Shown here: positions 33,601-41,688 of the stretch, piece by piece | How positions within the stretch are numbered: position 1 is the first letter of the stretch | Layout of the letters: every line of letters starts with the position of its first letter | DNA from: an uncultured Actinomycetota bacterium | GTDB lineage: Bacteria; Actinomycetota; Actinomycetes; Streptosporangiales; Streptosporangiaceae | Direction: 5' to 3' | Assembly (NCBI GenBank): GCA_963843745.1 | Contig: CAWJLP010000005.1 | Span: forward strand, 214,014-278,013 | Length of the DNA stretch: 64,000 nt | Program-made: the position numbers and the translations under genes | The notes under the pieces: model-generated | What the model saw: the letters and a program-made list of their open reading frames with translations, nothing else | Database searches by the model: none | What the model was told of the DNA's origin: nothing

Positions 33601-33778
33601 TGCCGCGCTCCCCGGGCACCCGGCCGTAGAGCGCGAACGCGATCGCGTCGAGCAGCGTCGTCTTCCCCGCGCCCGTCTCGCCGTGCAGGAGGAACAGGCC
33701 CTCGAGGTCGTCGAAGCTGACCTCTTCGGTGGCGGCGAACGCGCCGAAGGCCTGGACGCGGAGCCGGTGCGGGCGCAT
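30695..33778 (-). CDS. sbcC: SbcC-type SMC-family ATPase (exonuclease SbcCD subunit C)
   Basis: It has an N-terminal Walker A (HGETGAGKTTLLDAIAFALYG), a very long Ala-rich coiled coil with a zinc hook (CPVCGS), a C-terminal signature (LSGGETF) and Walker B (LFVDEGFG). Confidence 0.92.
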   Translation of the reverse strand: MRPHRLRVQAFGAFAATEEVSFDDLEGLFLLHGETGAGKTTLLDAIAFALYGRVPGERGKTRRLRSDHAPAGVRTEVELEATIGGRRLRITRKPEQERPKKSGTGVTKEQASVLLAELTPAGDWEVKSTRIGEADTEIADLMGMSAEQFFQVVLLPQGQFAQFLHADAEARARLLQKLFGTDRFRAVEDWLAERRRATTAEVTVAADRVNLLVAQVAQAAGVAVPETMDAPAGAPDPWQAVWVADLAVSAAAERDAAATVVAAAKAQLDTALAAKSLAEQLAERQRRRRDTLHRQAELEAAAGETDLLRAAADAASRAAEVAPVLAEAGRAAAAAAAACRAEEQARAAIPDDSPAAPDAGPGALRAAGQEQQSRLGMLDGLRADASQAADEEENAAAALDNVAEFELALSAAQAAAAGHRAARPAAAQARDDADQAVAALPAAQAAADTARRVAADSAALAAERADRDRVHEAHLGARERAVTRREEASAVREARIDGMRAELAATMTDGSPCPVCGSLDHPDPVEPTFEPVSRDQEDAATVRAEAASAEADELGRHVAAADARIGDLAQRLADAGFPGSLATDDGALALLPAGPFSAEAAQVAGSAALAAAARQAAADAGRLETDAAALAAHAGTHPVRQRELEALDAAIAAGNARLAELTEKHAAAHAEAAGAAARAGEHRAKIRAQLGAAPDLDAAVRSTRLLAESLAAAADAADEAARAAAEAHEAAERAVKATAEAGFGAPDAARAAFKDAAWRRDAADRVARHEAEAEAVAVLLADPALDVELDPPAPVAETTEAAGQAQREHDAANSAHGTASHTAVQLAGLKPQLEDALAALAPLRERAEEARQLADLAAGLGANQYRMTLSSFVLAARLEEVAKAASERLRTMTAGRFTLVHTDTRRGGGKAGLGLLACDAWTGVDRDTSTLSGGETFLASLALALGLADVVTAEAAGTPMEALFVDEGFGTLDEDTLDEVMNVLDGLRAGGRIVGIVSHVAELRQRIPAQVHVRKGHHGSHVTVTAG

Positions 33779-34915
33779 TCAGCACGCTCCTTCGCGGACG
33801 GACTCGAACGCGGCGGTCAGCAGCTCGTTCTCGGCCTCGCTGGCCGGAGCGTTCCGCACGTGCTTGACGAACTCGGCGGCGATCGCAAGGTCGTCCCGGC
33901 CCTTGACCCGCTCGCCGTAGCTGCGGGTGTCGCCGGTCACCCCCTCGGGCTTGAACTCCAGCGTAAGGATGTGCGGGAACCGCTTCCTGAGCCGGTCCAT
34001 CGCGGCCTCGGGGCGGGCCGTGTCGGTGATCGTGACGGCGACGAAGTCGCCTTCGCGGTCGGTGAATTCTGGTGCGGTGAGGAGATCCTCGATATGGCCG
34101 CGGAGCACGGTGAGCTTCCTGTAGACCGGCGCGGGTACCCGTTCGGCGCGCGTCGTGCCGTCGGCGCCGACCTCGACCAGCCAGCTGCCCTTCTTGTGAT
34201 GCGCCTCGGAGAACGAGTACGGCAGCGGCGAGCCGCTGTAGCGCATGTGCTCCGCGATCGTCTGCTGGCCGTGCAGGTGGCCGAGCGCCACGTAGCTGAA
34301 TCCGTCGAACAGGCTCGCCGGGACGTAGCCGACGCCGCCGACCGAGATGTCCCGCTCGGAGTCGCTGGCCCCTCCCCCGGCCACCCAGGCGTGCGCCGTC
34401 ACGACCGTGCGCCGCACGCCGCGCGACGCGGCGTCGGCCCGGATACGCGCCGCCGCCTCGCCGAGGACGGCCGAGTGAGCGCGCGGCCCGTCGAAGCCGG
34501 GCAGGCCGACCGCCGGCTCCAGGTACGGCACGCCGTAGACGGCCACCGGGCCGTGATCGTCGCGCAGCATGACCGGCTCGGCGAGCGTCGCGGGCCGGGT
34601 GCGCAGGTGCACGCCGGAGGCGTCGATGAGCGCGCTGCTGAACCCGAGGCGGCGCGCGGAGTCGTGGTTGCCGCTGATCACGACCACGCGGGCGCCGGTG
34701 TCGCGCAGCCGCACGAGCGCCTGCTCGCAGAGAGCCACCGCGTCCACCGGCGGCACCGCGCGGTCGTAGACGTCGCCCGCGATGAGCACCGCGTCCACTC
34801 GCTCCCGGCGCGCCGTCTCCACGAGGTCATCGAGGAACCGCTCCTGCGCCTCGCGCAGGTCGGCCTTATGCAGTGAGCGCCCGAGATGCCAGTCGGACGT
34901 GTGCAGGAGCCTCAT
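33779..34915 (-). CDS. sbcD: SbcD/Mre11-type nuclease (exonuclease SbcCD subunit D)
   Basis: Lies within ORF 33779..34963; the start is ATG 34915. The motifs are MRLLHTSDWHLG, AGDVYDR, ISGNHD and ALGHLH. It lies directly upstream of and abuts sbcC. Confidence 0.92.
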   Translation of the reverse strand: MRLLHTSDWHLGRSLHKADLREAQERFLDDLVETARRERVDAVLIAGDVYDRAVPPVDAVALCEQALVRLRDTGARVVVISGNHDSARRLGFSSALIDASGVHLRTRPATLAEPVMLRDDHGPVAVYGVPYLEPAVGLPGFDGPRAHSAVLGEAAARIRADAASRGVRRTVVTAHAWVAGGGASDSERDISVGGVGYVPASLFDGFSYVALGHLHGQQTIAEHMRYSGSPLPYSFSEAHHKKGSWLVEVGADGTTRAERVPAPVYRKLTVLRGHIEDLLTAPEFTDREGDFVAVTITDTARPEAAMDRLRKRFPHILTLEFKPEGVTGDTRSYGERVKGRDDLAIAAEFVKHVRNAPASEAENELLTAAFESVREGAC

Positions 34916-35380
34916 GGCACGGACCATAGCGAACCCCCCCGACATTCGAGCGGATGTCGCCAAGTCCCGGCCCGGCGGTCCTGGCGGGTGAGGCCCTGTG
35001 GATCATCTCGTGACAGGCAGCTTCGGTTAATGGCATCGGGCCATGATCACGGAAAGGAAGCACGCGTATAGGGTGCGGAACTTCCGTGATCATGAAAAAC
35101 CGAGCGTGGGCGTTGCCAATGGCAATGAGGTGCGACTTTGCCAGGGTTCAGGCGGTCTTCGATAGCAATTAAATGCCATTGCGGCCACCCGGCGTCTTCC
35201 CCGCTGGAATGTCGGTGGGTGGTGCTAGCTTGCGGATGAATATTCATTGGGCGGGCGGCGACGCCAGCCATACGGTGGGAGTGCGGAGATGGCTCGCGCG
35301 TCGCCAGGGACCTGCGGGTGCGGTGTGATGCCGCGGGGAGCAAGGCTACGGTGGTCGACTGCTGACGGTGGGGGACGACG

Positions 35381-35423
35381 CCCCCGCCCGTGCCCGCACC
35401 AGGGGCGCGGGCACGGGCGGGGG
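35381..35423. other. Perfect 17-bp GC-rich hairpin in the long leader upstream of the ABC exporter
   Basis: cccccgcccgtgcccgc (35381..35397) pairs with gcgggcacgggcggggg (35407..35423) across a 9-nt loop. There is no U-tract on either strand. Confidence 0.6.
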
Positions 35424-35519
35424 TAGGCCTATTGGCGTAGGTCGTTAGTTTGGGAAATGAAAATTCGTGGTTGGTTGTTGCAGGTCTTGGTTATGGGGCG
35501 TCTATACGGTCGGGGATGG

Positions 35520-38500
35520 ATGAAGGACAACGGCAGCCAGCAGAGCAATGAGGCTCGCTGGATCAGGAGACTGGCCGGCTACTCCTGGCGGTTCCGGCGG
35601 GACGTTCTTATCGCGCTGGCGGGGTCGGTGCTTTATGTCGCGGCGACGCTGACGATTCCGCTGCTGCAGCGGGGCATCATCGACAACGTCATCGTCACGT
35701 CCAAGGAGTCGGTCTGGCCGCTGGCGATCGGGCTGCTCATCGCCGCGGCGGCCAACTTCATCGGCATCTACCTGCGGCGGTACCGCGGCGGCAAGATGGC
35801 GCTCGACGTGCAGCACGCCATGCGGACCGAGCTGTTCGGCTCGCTGTCCCGGCTGGACGGCACCCGGCAGGACGAGATCCACACCGGCCAGCTCGTCGGC
35901 CGGTCGATCTCCGACCTCAACATGGTGCAGGGCCTGATCCAGTGGATGCCGCTGACCCTGGGCAGCCTCATGCTGTTCGTCTTCTCGCTGGTCATCATGA
36001 TCGCGCTGTCGCCGCTGCTCTCGCTGGTGGCGGTCGCGGTCGCGCCGGCGCTCTGGCTGATCTCCACGGCGGCGCGCAAGAAGCTGTTCCCGGCCAGCTG
36101 GCACGCGCAGCAGCAGGTTGGCGAGGTCGCCGGGATCGTCGACGAGGCGATCGGCGGGGTCCGCGTCGTCAAGGGGTTCGGCCAGGAAGAGCAGGAGATG
36201 GAGCGGATGGAGGCCGCGAGCGAGGACCTGTACGGGTCCCGGCTGCGGATGCTCCGGTTCACCGCCAGGTACAACCCCGCGCTCACCGCGATCCCGTCGC
36301 TCGGGCTCGTCGGCGTGCTCTTGCTGGGCGGCTGGCTGGCGATCCACGGCCAGGTCACGCTCGGCACCTTCCTCGCGTTCTCCAGCTACCTGGCGCAGCT
36401 GACCGGCCCGGTGCGGGTGCTTACCAGCCTCGTGACGATCGGCCAGGAGGCCCGCGCCAGCGTCATCAGGGTCTTCGAGGTCATCGACTCGCGGCCGACG
36501 ATCACCGACAAGCCGGACGCGATCGAGCTGCCCGCGGACGCGAACGGGATCACGTTCGACGACGTGCAGTTCGGCTACGTGCCGTCGCAGCCGGTGCTGC
36601 GCGGGCTGTCGCTCGAGGTCAGGGCCGGCGAGACCGTCGCGGTCATCGGGCCATCAGGATCCGGCAAGTCCACGCTCAGCCTGCTGCTCCCCCGGTTCTA
36701 CGACGTGCGCGGCGGCGCGGTACGGGTCGGCGGGTACGACGTGCGCGACGTGACGCAGCAGTCGCTGCGGTCCGCCATGGGCATGGTGATGGAAGAGAGC
36801 TTCCTGTTCTCTGACTCGGTGCGCGCCAACATCGCCTACGGGCGGCCGGACGCGACGTTCGAGCAGGTCGTGGCCGCCGCGCGGGCCGCGGAGGCCGACG
36901 AGTTCATCCGCGACCTGCCGGACGGGTACGACACGGTGATCGGCGAGCAGGGGCTCACGCTGTCCGGCGGGCAGCGCCAGCGCGTCGCGCTCGCCCGCGC
37001 GCTGATCACCGACCCGCGGCTGCTGCTGCTCGACGACGCGACGTCCGCGGTCGACCCGCGCATCGAGGCCGAGATCCACGCCACCCTGCACCGGGTGATG
37101 GCCGGCCGGACCACGCTGCTGATCGCGCACCGCCGGTCCACGCTGAACCTGGCCGACCGGATCGCGGTGATGACCGCCGAGGGCCGGCTCGCCGACATCG
37201 GCACCCAGGCGGAGCTTCAGGAGCGGTCGGAACTGTACCGGCTGCTCATCTCCGGGCCAGGCGACGACGCCGAGGGCACCGACGCGGGGGAGCTGCCCGC
37301 CCCAGCGGACGCTGTGGCGGGCGGTGCGGCGGGCGGGGCGGCGGGCACCGGTAACGGCCATGAGGCGGCTGGGGCGGAGACACGGGCCCGTTCCGGAAAC
37401 TCGGGACGGGGAGCGGGGGCGGCCCGCACGGGGGCAGCCCGCGCCACCCACATGGACGGGATGATCGGCAGCGTGCCGCCGAGCCCTGAGCTGATTGCCA
37501 AGGTCGAGGCGCTGCCGCCGATCAAGGACGAGCCGAAGGTGGACGCGGCGCAGGCGCGGGCCGCGGACACGCACTTCACGCTGCGCAAGCTGCTGCGGCC
37601 GATCGCGGTCGCGCTGATCGCCGGGCTCGTGCTCGACGGACTCGACGCCGCCGCCAACCTGGCGCTGCCCGCGCTGGTGCGCGGCGGGATCGACTCCGGC
37701 GTGGAGGCGCAGGCGTTCGGCACGGTGGCGCTGCTGGCGCTGGCCGGGCTGGCGATCGTGTTCGGCGACTGGCTGGTGAACATCGCCGAGACGATGGTCG
37801 TCGGGCGCAACGGCGAGCGGCTGCTGTACACGCTGCGGGTGAAGATCTTCGCGCAGCTGCAGCGGCTCGGCCTCGACTTCTACGAGCGCGAGCTGTCCGG
37901 GCGGATCATGACCCGCATGACGACCGACGTGGACGCGCTGTCCACGTTCCTGCAGACGGGGCTGGTCACGATGATCAGCTCGGTGCTCACGTTCGTCGGG
38001 GTGCTCGCCGCGATGCTCATCATCAACGTGCGGCTGGGGCTGCTCGTGCTGGCGATCATGCCGTTCCTGATCGCGGCGACCGTGGTGTTCCGGATGAAGT
38101 CGTCGCAGGCCTACACCGAGGCGCGGGAGCGGGTCAGCGTGGTCAACGCCGACCTGGCGGAGAACGTGGCGGGGCTGCGGGTCACCCAGGCGTTCCGGCG
38201 GGAGGGCGAGAACCGGGCGCGGTTCGCCGGCCGCTCGTTCGCCTACCGGCAGTCCCGGCTCCGGGCGCAGCGGTACATCGCGCTGTACTTCCCGTTCGTG
38301 CAGACGCTGTCCACCGTGGCGTCCGCCCTGGTGCTCGTGGTCGCGGTGGGCCAGGTGCACTCCGGCGCGCTGAGCGTCGGCGCGCTGATCGCGTACCTGC
38401 TCTACATCGACATGGTGTTCTCGCCCATCCAGCAGCTGTCCCAGGTGTTCGACGGGTACCAGCAGGCGGCGGTCGGCGTGTCGCGGATCAAGGACCTGAT

Positions 38501-39353
38501 GCGGATCCAGACCTCGGTGCCGGAGCCGAAGTCGCCGCTGCCGGTGCCCGCGGCCGGGCTCGACGGCCTGATCGAGCTGCGCGACGTGCGGTTCAGCTAC
38601 GGGGCCGGGCCATCGCTGTCGGGTCCTGCCGACGCCGCCGAGGCGCCGCCGAAGGCCGGCGAGGCGATCGCCGGGGTGTCGTTCACGGTAACGCCGGGCG
38701 AGACCGTCGCCCTGGTGGGGCAGACCGGCGCGGGCAAGTCCACCGTCGTCAAGCTGATCGCGCGGTTCTACGACGTCACGTCCGGGTCGGTGCTCGTGGA
38801 CGGGGTCGACGTGCGGGACTACGACCTCACCGAGTTCAGGCACCGGCTGGGCGTGGTGCCGCAGGAGGCGTACCTGTTCAGCGGCACGGTCGCGGAGGCG
38901 ATCGCGTACGCGCGGCCGTCCGCCTCCGACGCGGAGATCGAGGCGGCGGCGCGGGCCGTGGGCGCGCACGAGATGATCATCCGGCTGCCTGACGGGTACT
39001 CGCAGCAGGTGGGTGAGCGCGGGCGCAGCCTGTCGGCCGGGCAGCGCCAGCTCATCGCGCTGGCGCGGGCGGAACTGGCCGATCCCGACATCCTGCTGCT
39101 CGACGAGGCCACCGCCGCGCTGGACCTGGCGTCCGAGGCCGCGGTGACGCGGGCGACGCGGTCGCTGGCGGCCTCGCGGACCACGATCGTGGTGGCGCAC
39201 CGGCTGACCACCGCGGCGCGCGCGGACCGGATCGTGGTCCTCGACCACGGGCGGGTCGCCGAGATCGGGTCGCACGAGGAGCTGCTCGAGCGCGGCGGCG
39301 TGTACGCCGGGCTGTGGGACGCGTTCGTCGGGGAGACCGAGTACGCGGCCTAG
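35520..39353 (+). CDS. Fused double ABC exporter (TMD-NBD-TMD-NBD in one polypeptide)
   Basis: Lies within ORF 35457..39353; the likely start is ATG 35520 (MKDNGSQQSNEARWIRRL). The first half has GPSGSGKST / LSGGQRQR / LLLDDATSAVD. An Ala/Gly-rich linker spans about 37260..37450. The second half has GQTGAGKST / LSAGQRQL / LLLDEATAALD. Confidence 0.85.
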   Translation: MKDNGSQQSNEARWIRRLAGYSWRFRRDVLIALAGSVLYVAATLTIPLLQRGIIDNVIVTSKESVWPLAIGLLIAAAANFIGIYLRRYRGGKMALDVQHAMRTELFGSLSRLDGTRQDEIHTGQLVGRSISDLNMVQGLIQWMPLTLGSLMLFVFSLVIMIALSPLLSLVAVAVAPALWLISTAARKKLFPASWHAQQQVGEVAGIVDEAIGGVRVVKGFGQEEQEMERMEAASEDLYGSRLRMLRFTARYNPALTAIPSLGLVGVLLLGGWLAIHGQVTLGTFLAFSSYLAQLTGPVRVLTSLVTIGQEARASVIRVFEVIDSRPTITDKPDAIELPADANGITFDDVQFGYVPSQPVLRGLSLEVRAGETVAVIGPSGSGKSTLSLLLPRFYDVRGGAVRVGGYDVRDVTQQSLRSAMGMVMEESFLFSDSVRANIAYGRPDATFEQVVAAARAAEADEFIRDLPDGYDTVIGEQGLTLSGGQRQRVALARALITDPRLLLLDDATSAVDPRIEAEIHATLHRVMAGRTTLLIAHRRSTLNLADRIAVMTAEGRLADIGTQAELQERSELYRLLISGPGDDAEGTDAGELPAPADAVAGGAAGGAAGTGNGHEAAGAETRARSGNSGRGAGAARTGAARATHMDGMIGSVPPSPELIAKVEALPPIKDEPKVDAAQARAADTHFTLRKLLRPIAVALIAGLVLDGLDAAANLALPALVRGGIDSGVEAQAFGTVALLALAGLAIVFGDWLVNIAETMVVGRNGERLLYTLRVKIFAQLQRLGLDFYERELSGRIMTRMTTDVDALSTFLQTGLVTMISSVLTFVGVLAAMLIINVRLGLLVLAIMPFLIAATVVFRMKSSQAYTEARERVSVVNADLAENVAGLRVTQAFRREGENRARFAGRSFAYRQSRLRAQRYIALYFPFVQTLSTVASALVLVVAVGQVHSGALSVGALIAYLLYIDMVFSPIQQLSQVFDGYQQAAVGVSRIKDLMRIQTSVPEPKSPLPVPAAGLDGLIELRDVRFSYGAGPSLSGPADAAEAPPKAGEAIAGVSFTVTPGETVALVGQTGAGKSTVVKLIARFYDVTSGSVLVDGVDVRDYDLTEFRHRLGVVPQEAYLFSGTVAEAIAYARPSASDAEIEAAARAVGAHEMIIRLPDGYSQQVGERGRSLSAGQRQLIALARAELADPDILLLDEATAALDLASEAAVTRATRSLAASRTTIVVAHRLTTAARADRIVVLDHGRVAEIGSHEELLERGGVYAGLWDAFVGETEYAA

Positions 39354-39363
39354 GGCCACGGTC

Positions 39364-39867
39364 CTAACGGCTCAGCGGCCCGAGCCTGTCCCGGCGCTGC
39401 GGCCCGGCCGGCGTGCTCGTGCCGCGGCGCCCCGGCGTCGCCATGCTCGCGAGCACGAGCACGGCCAGGATGGTGACGATGCCCTCGGTGAACAGCGCCG
39501 CCACGCCGAGCGGCTCCAGCCAGTTGCCGCGGTCGCCCGTGTCGCCGGGCACCGGGACGCTGCGGGTGAGGATGTACCCCGCCGCGGCGAGGAAGCAGAC
39601 CAGCCCGCTGAACCCCCAGGCGGCCGAGGACGGCCGGGCCAGCAGCCACAAGCCGGCGACCGGCGCGCAGGCAGCGAGCAGGACGAATCCCGCCGTCAGC
39701 CAGGCGGCGCCGCTGAGCTGGCCCTGGATCTCCAGGACGTGGATGATGCCGACCGTGATGAGCCCGATCGCGGCTGAGGCGCGCACCGCGGGATCAAGCG
39801 GCAGGGCCGGCCGCTGGAGTTCGGCGGTCAGGCGTGCGGGAACCCTGGGCAGCGTGAGGCCAGGCAT
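39364..39867 (-). CDS. Hypothetical membrane protein (four helices)
   Basis: 167-aa ORF with good GC3 usage and hydrophobic segments AIGLITVGIIHVL, AWLTAGFVLLAACAPVAGLWLL, GFSGLVCFLAAAGYIL and LGVAALFTEGIVTILAVLVLA. Confidence 0.6.
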   Translation of the reverse strand: MPGLTLPRVPARLTAELQRPALPLDPAVRASAAIGLITVGIIHVLEIQGQLSGAAWLTAGFVLLAACAPVAGLWLLARPSSAAWGFSGLVCFLAAAGYILTRSVPVPGDTGDRGNWLEPLGVAALFTEGIVTILAVLVLASMATPGRRGTSTPAGPQRRDRLGPLSR

Positions 39868-40060
39868 GCGCTAACTCCCTTTCGGTACTGGCGGGTGACG
39901 TGCACCGCTCTCGCGCACCTCGGGGAGCGCGCGGCTGACTTGCTCCTGACCAGGTCTACGGCCGGCGGCGGCAAAGGGATTGATGATCGCCAATGCTCTT
40001 GCGGTCGCGGTCCTGGCCGGCACCGACGCACCGCCATCTCACATCGTGAGATGATCACGT

Positions 40061-40127
40061 CTTAGGAGCAGAACCCTGCGCTTTTCTTGCTGTTATCAGC
40101 GTTTTGGCGTAGTTTTCTGCTCCTAAG
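40061..40127. repeat. Low-GC inverted-repeat element (13-bp perfect arms, 41-nt loop) carrying the recurring motif TTCTTGCTGTTATCA
   Basis: cttaggagcagaa (40061..40073) pairs with ttctgctcctaag (40115..40127). A second small hairpin, atctcac-atc-gtgagat, lies at 40036..40052. Confidence 0.6.
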
Positions 40128-40181
40128 TGGCGGGGCCAGAGCGCGCTCCGGGGGCCACCACGCCCCTGGCAAGATGGCGGC

Positions 40182-40535
40182 ATGGAACGTGTGCTTGGAG
40201 TTGGCGGGTACTTCATGCGGGCCGCCGACCCGGTGGCCCTGGGGGCGTGGTACCGCGATTGCCTGGGTCTGGACGCTGACGAGAACGGCGTGTGGCATCA
40301 GGAAGCCGGGGTGACAGTGTTCGCGACTTTCGAGTCCGGGACCGAGTACTTCGGCTCCCGCGCTCAGCAGACGATGCTCAACTTCCGTGTCCGCGACCTG
40401 GACGCGATGCTCGCGCAGTTGCGCGCCAAGGGAGCGGACGTGGCCGAGGAGACTCAGGACATGGAGGGCGTCGGCCGGTTCGGCTGGGTCACCGATCCTG
40501 AGGGCAACCGCGTCGAGCTGTGGCAGCCTGGCTGA
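40182..40535 (+). CDS. VOC (glyoxalase/bleomycin-resistance/dioxygenase) family protein
   Basis: The 117-aa ORF ends in ...GRFGWVTDPEGNRVELWQP, a typical VOC C-terminal beta-strand motif. Confidence 0.8.
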   Translation: MERVLGVGGYFMRAADPVALGAWYRDCLGLDADENGVWHQEAGVTVFATFESGTEYFGSRAQQTMLNFRVRDLDAMLAQLRAKGADVAEETQDMEGVGRFGWVTDPEGNRVELWQPG

Positions 40536-40599
40536 CAGTACAGGCCGGCCCGGGCCATGGCGATGGCGTATGGCGGCGGCGTCAGTCATGCTGGGCGTC

Positions 40600-41688
40600 A
40601 TGATCACCACGCTCGAGGAGCTGTACCGCGGGTTCGAGAAGGAACAGCTGGTGCCGCTGTGGACCGAGATCGGCGACCTGATGCCCGTCAGCCCCCGGTC
40701 GGCGGCCGTCCCCCACCTGTGGCGGTGGGAGCAGCTGCGGGTGCTGGCCGCGCAGGCCGGCGAGCTCGTTCCCGTCGGCCGCGGCGGGGAGCGCCGCGCT
40801 ATCGCGCTGGCCAACCCGGGGCTCGGCGGCAGGCCGTTCGCGACGCCGACGCTGTGGGCCGCGATCCAGTACCTGATGCCCGGCGAAGACGCCCCGGAGC
40901 ACCGGCACACGCAGCACGCGTTCCGGTTCGTGGTCGAGGGCGAAGGCGTGTGGACCGTGGTCAACGGCGATCCGGTGGCGATGCGGCGCGGCGACTTCCT
41001 GCCGCAGGCGGGCTGGAACTGGCATGCCCACCACAACGCGACGGCCGAGCCGATGGCGTGGCTCGACGGACTGGATATCCCGTTCCAGTACCTGACCGAG
41101 GCGCAGTTCTTCGAGCCGGGACGGGATCAGGTCGGCGAGGCCGAGCGGGGCACGCCCGACCGGTCACGCGCGGAGCGCCTCTGGGGGCACCCGGGGCTGC
41201 GGCCGGTGGCGGCCGGCGGGCAGCCGGGCGCGCCGGGCTCGCCGTTGCTGGCGTACCGGTGGGAGCACACGGACCGGGCGCTGGCCGACCAGCTCGCCAT
41301 CGAGGCCGAGGGCTACGGCGGCACGGTCGAGCCCGGGCACGCGGCCGTCCGGTTCACCAGCCCCGCCACCGGCGGCGACGTGCTGCCGACCATCCGCGCC
41401 GAGATGCACCGGATCGCGCGCGGGGCGCGGACCGCGCCGGCCCGTGAGACGGGATCGTCGGTCTACCTGGTCTTCGACGGCTCGGGTACGGTCACCGTCG
41501 GGGACAGGTCGTGGGCGGTGACGCGGGGCGACCTGTTCGTGGTGCCGTCGTGGCAGGCGTTCGCGGCGCGTTCGGAAGCGGGCGCCAGCGACTCGGACTC
41601 CGGTGCCCTTGACTTGTTCCGGTTCAGTGACGCGCCGGTCTTCGAAGCCCTCCGGCTCAACCGCGCTCAGGTGGAGAGGGCGCCCTGA
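40600..41688 (+). CDS. Gentisate 1,2-dioxygenase (bicupin)
   Basis: Lies within ORF 40387..41688; the start is ATG 40600 (or 40588). The motifs are LYRGFEKEQLVPLWTEIGDLMP... and the cupin His cluster APEHRHTQHAFRFVVEGEG...NWHAHHN. Confidence 0.88.
   Translation: MITTLEELYRGFEKEQLVPLWTEIGDLMPVSPRSAAVPHLWRWEQLRVLAAQAGELVPVGRGGERRAIALANPGLGGRPFATPTLWAAIQYLMPGEDAPEHRHTQHAFRFVVEGEGVWTVVNGDPVAMRRGDFLPQAGWNWHAHHNATAEPMAWLDGLDIPFQYLTEAQFFEPGRDQVGEAERGTPDRSRAERLWGHPGLRPVAAGGQPGAPGSPLLAYRWEHTDRALADQLAIEAEGYGGTVEPGHAAVRFTSPATGGDVLPTIRAEMHRIARGARTAPARETGSSVYLVFDGSGTVTVGDRSWAVTRGDLFVVPSWQAFAARSEAGASDSDSGALDLFRFSDAPVFEALRLNRAQVERAP

Noticed and set aside
30695-34915. sbcCD as a candidate novel defence system (SMC-like ATPase plus nuclease).
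   Set aside because: The pair has all canonical SbcC/SbcD (Rad50/Mre11) motifs, including the CxxC zinc hook and the phosphoesterase motifs. It has the usual sbcD-sbcC order and no extra accessory genes. It looks like housekeeping DNA-end processing.
35091-35171. A small ORF (MKNRAWALPMAMRCDFARVQAVFDSN) in the sbcD-ABC intergenic region.
   Set aside because: It has no convincing ribosome-binding site, its codon usage is atypical for this genome, and I recognise no motif.
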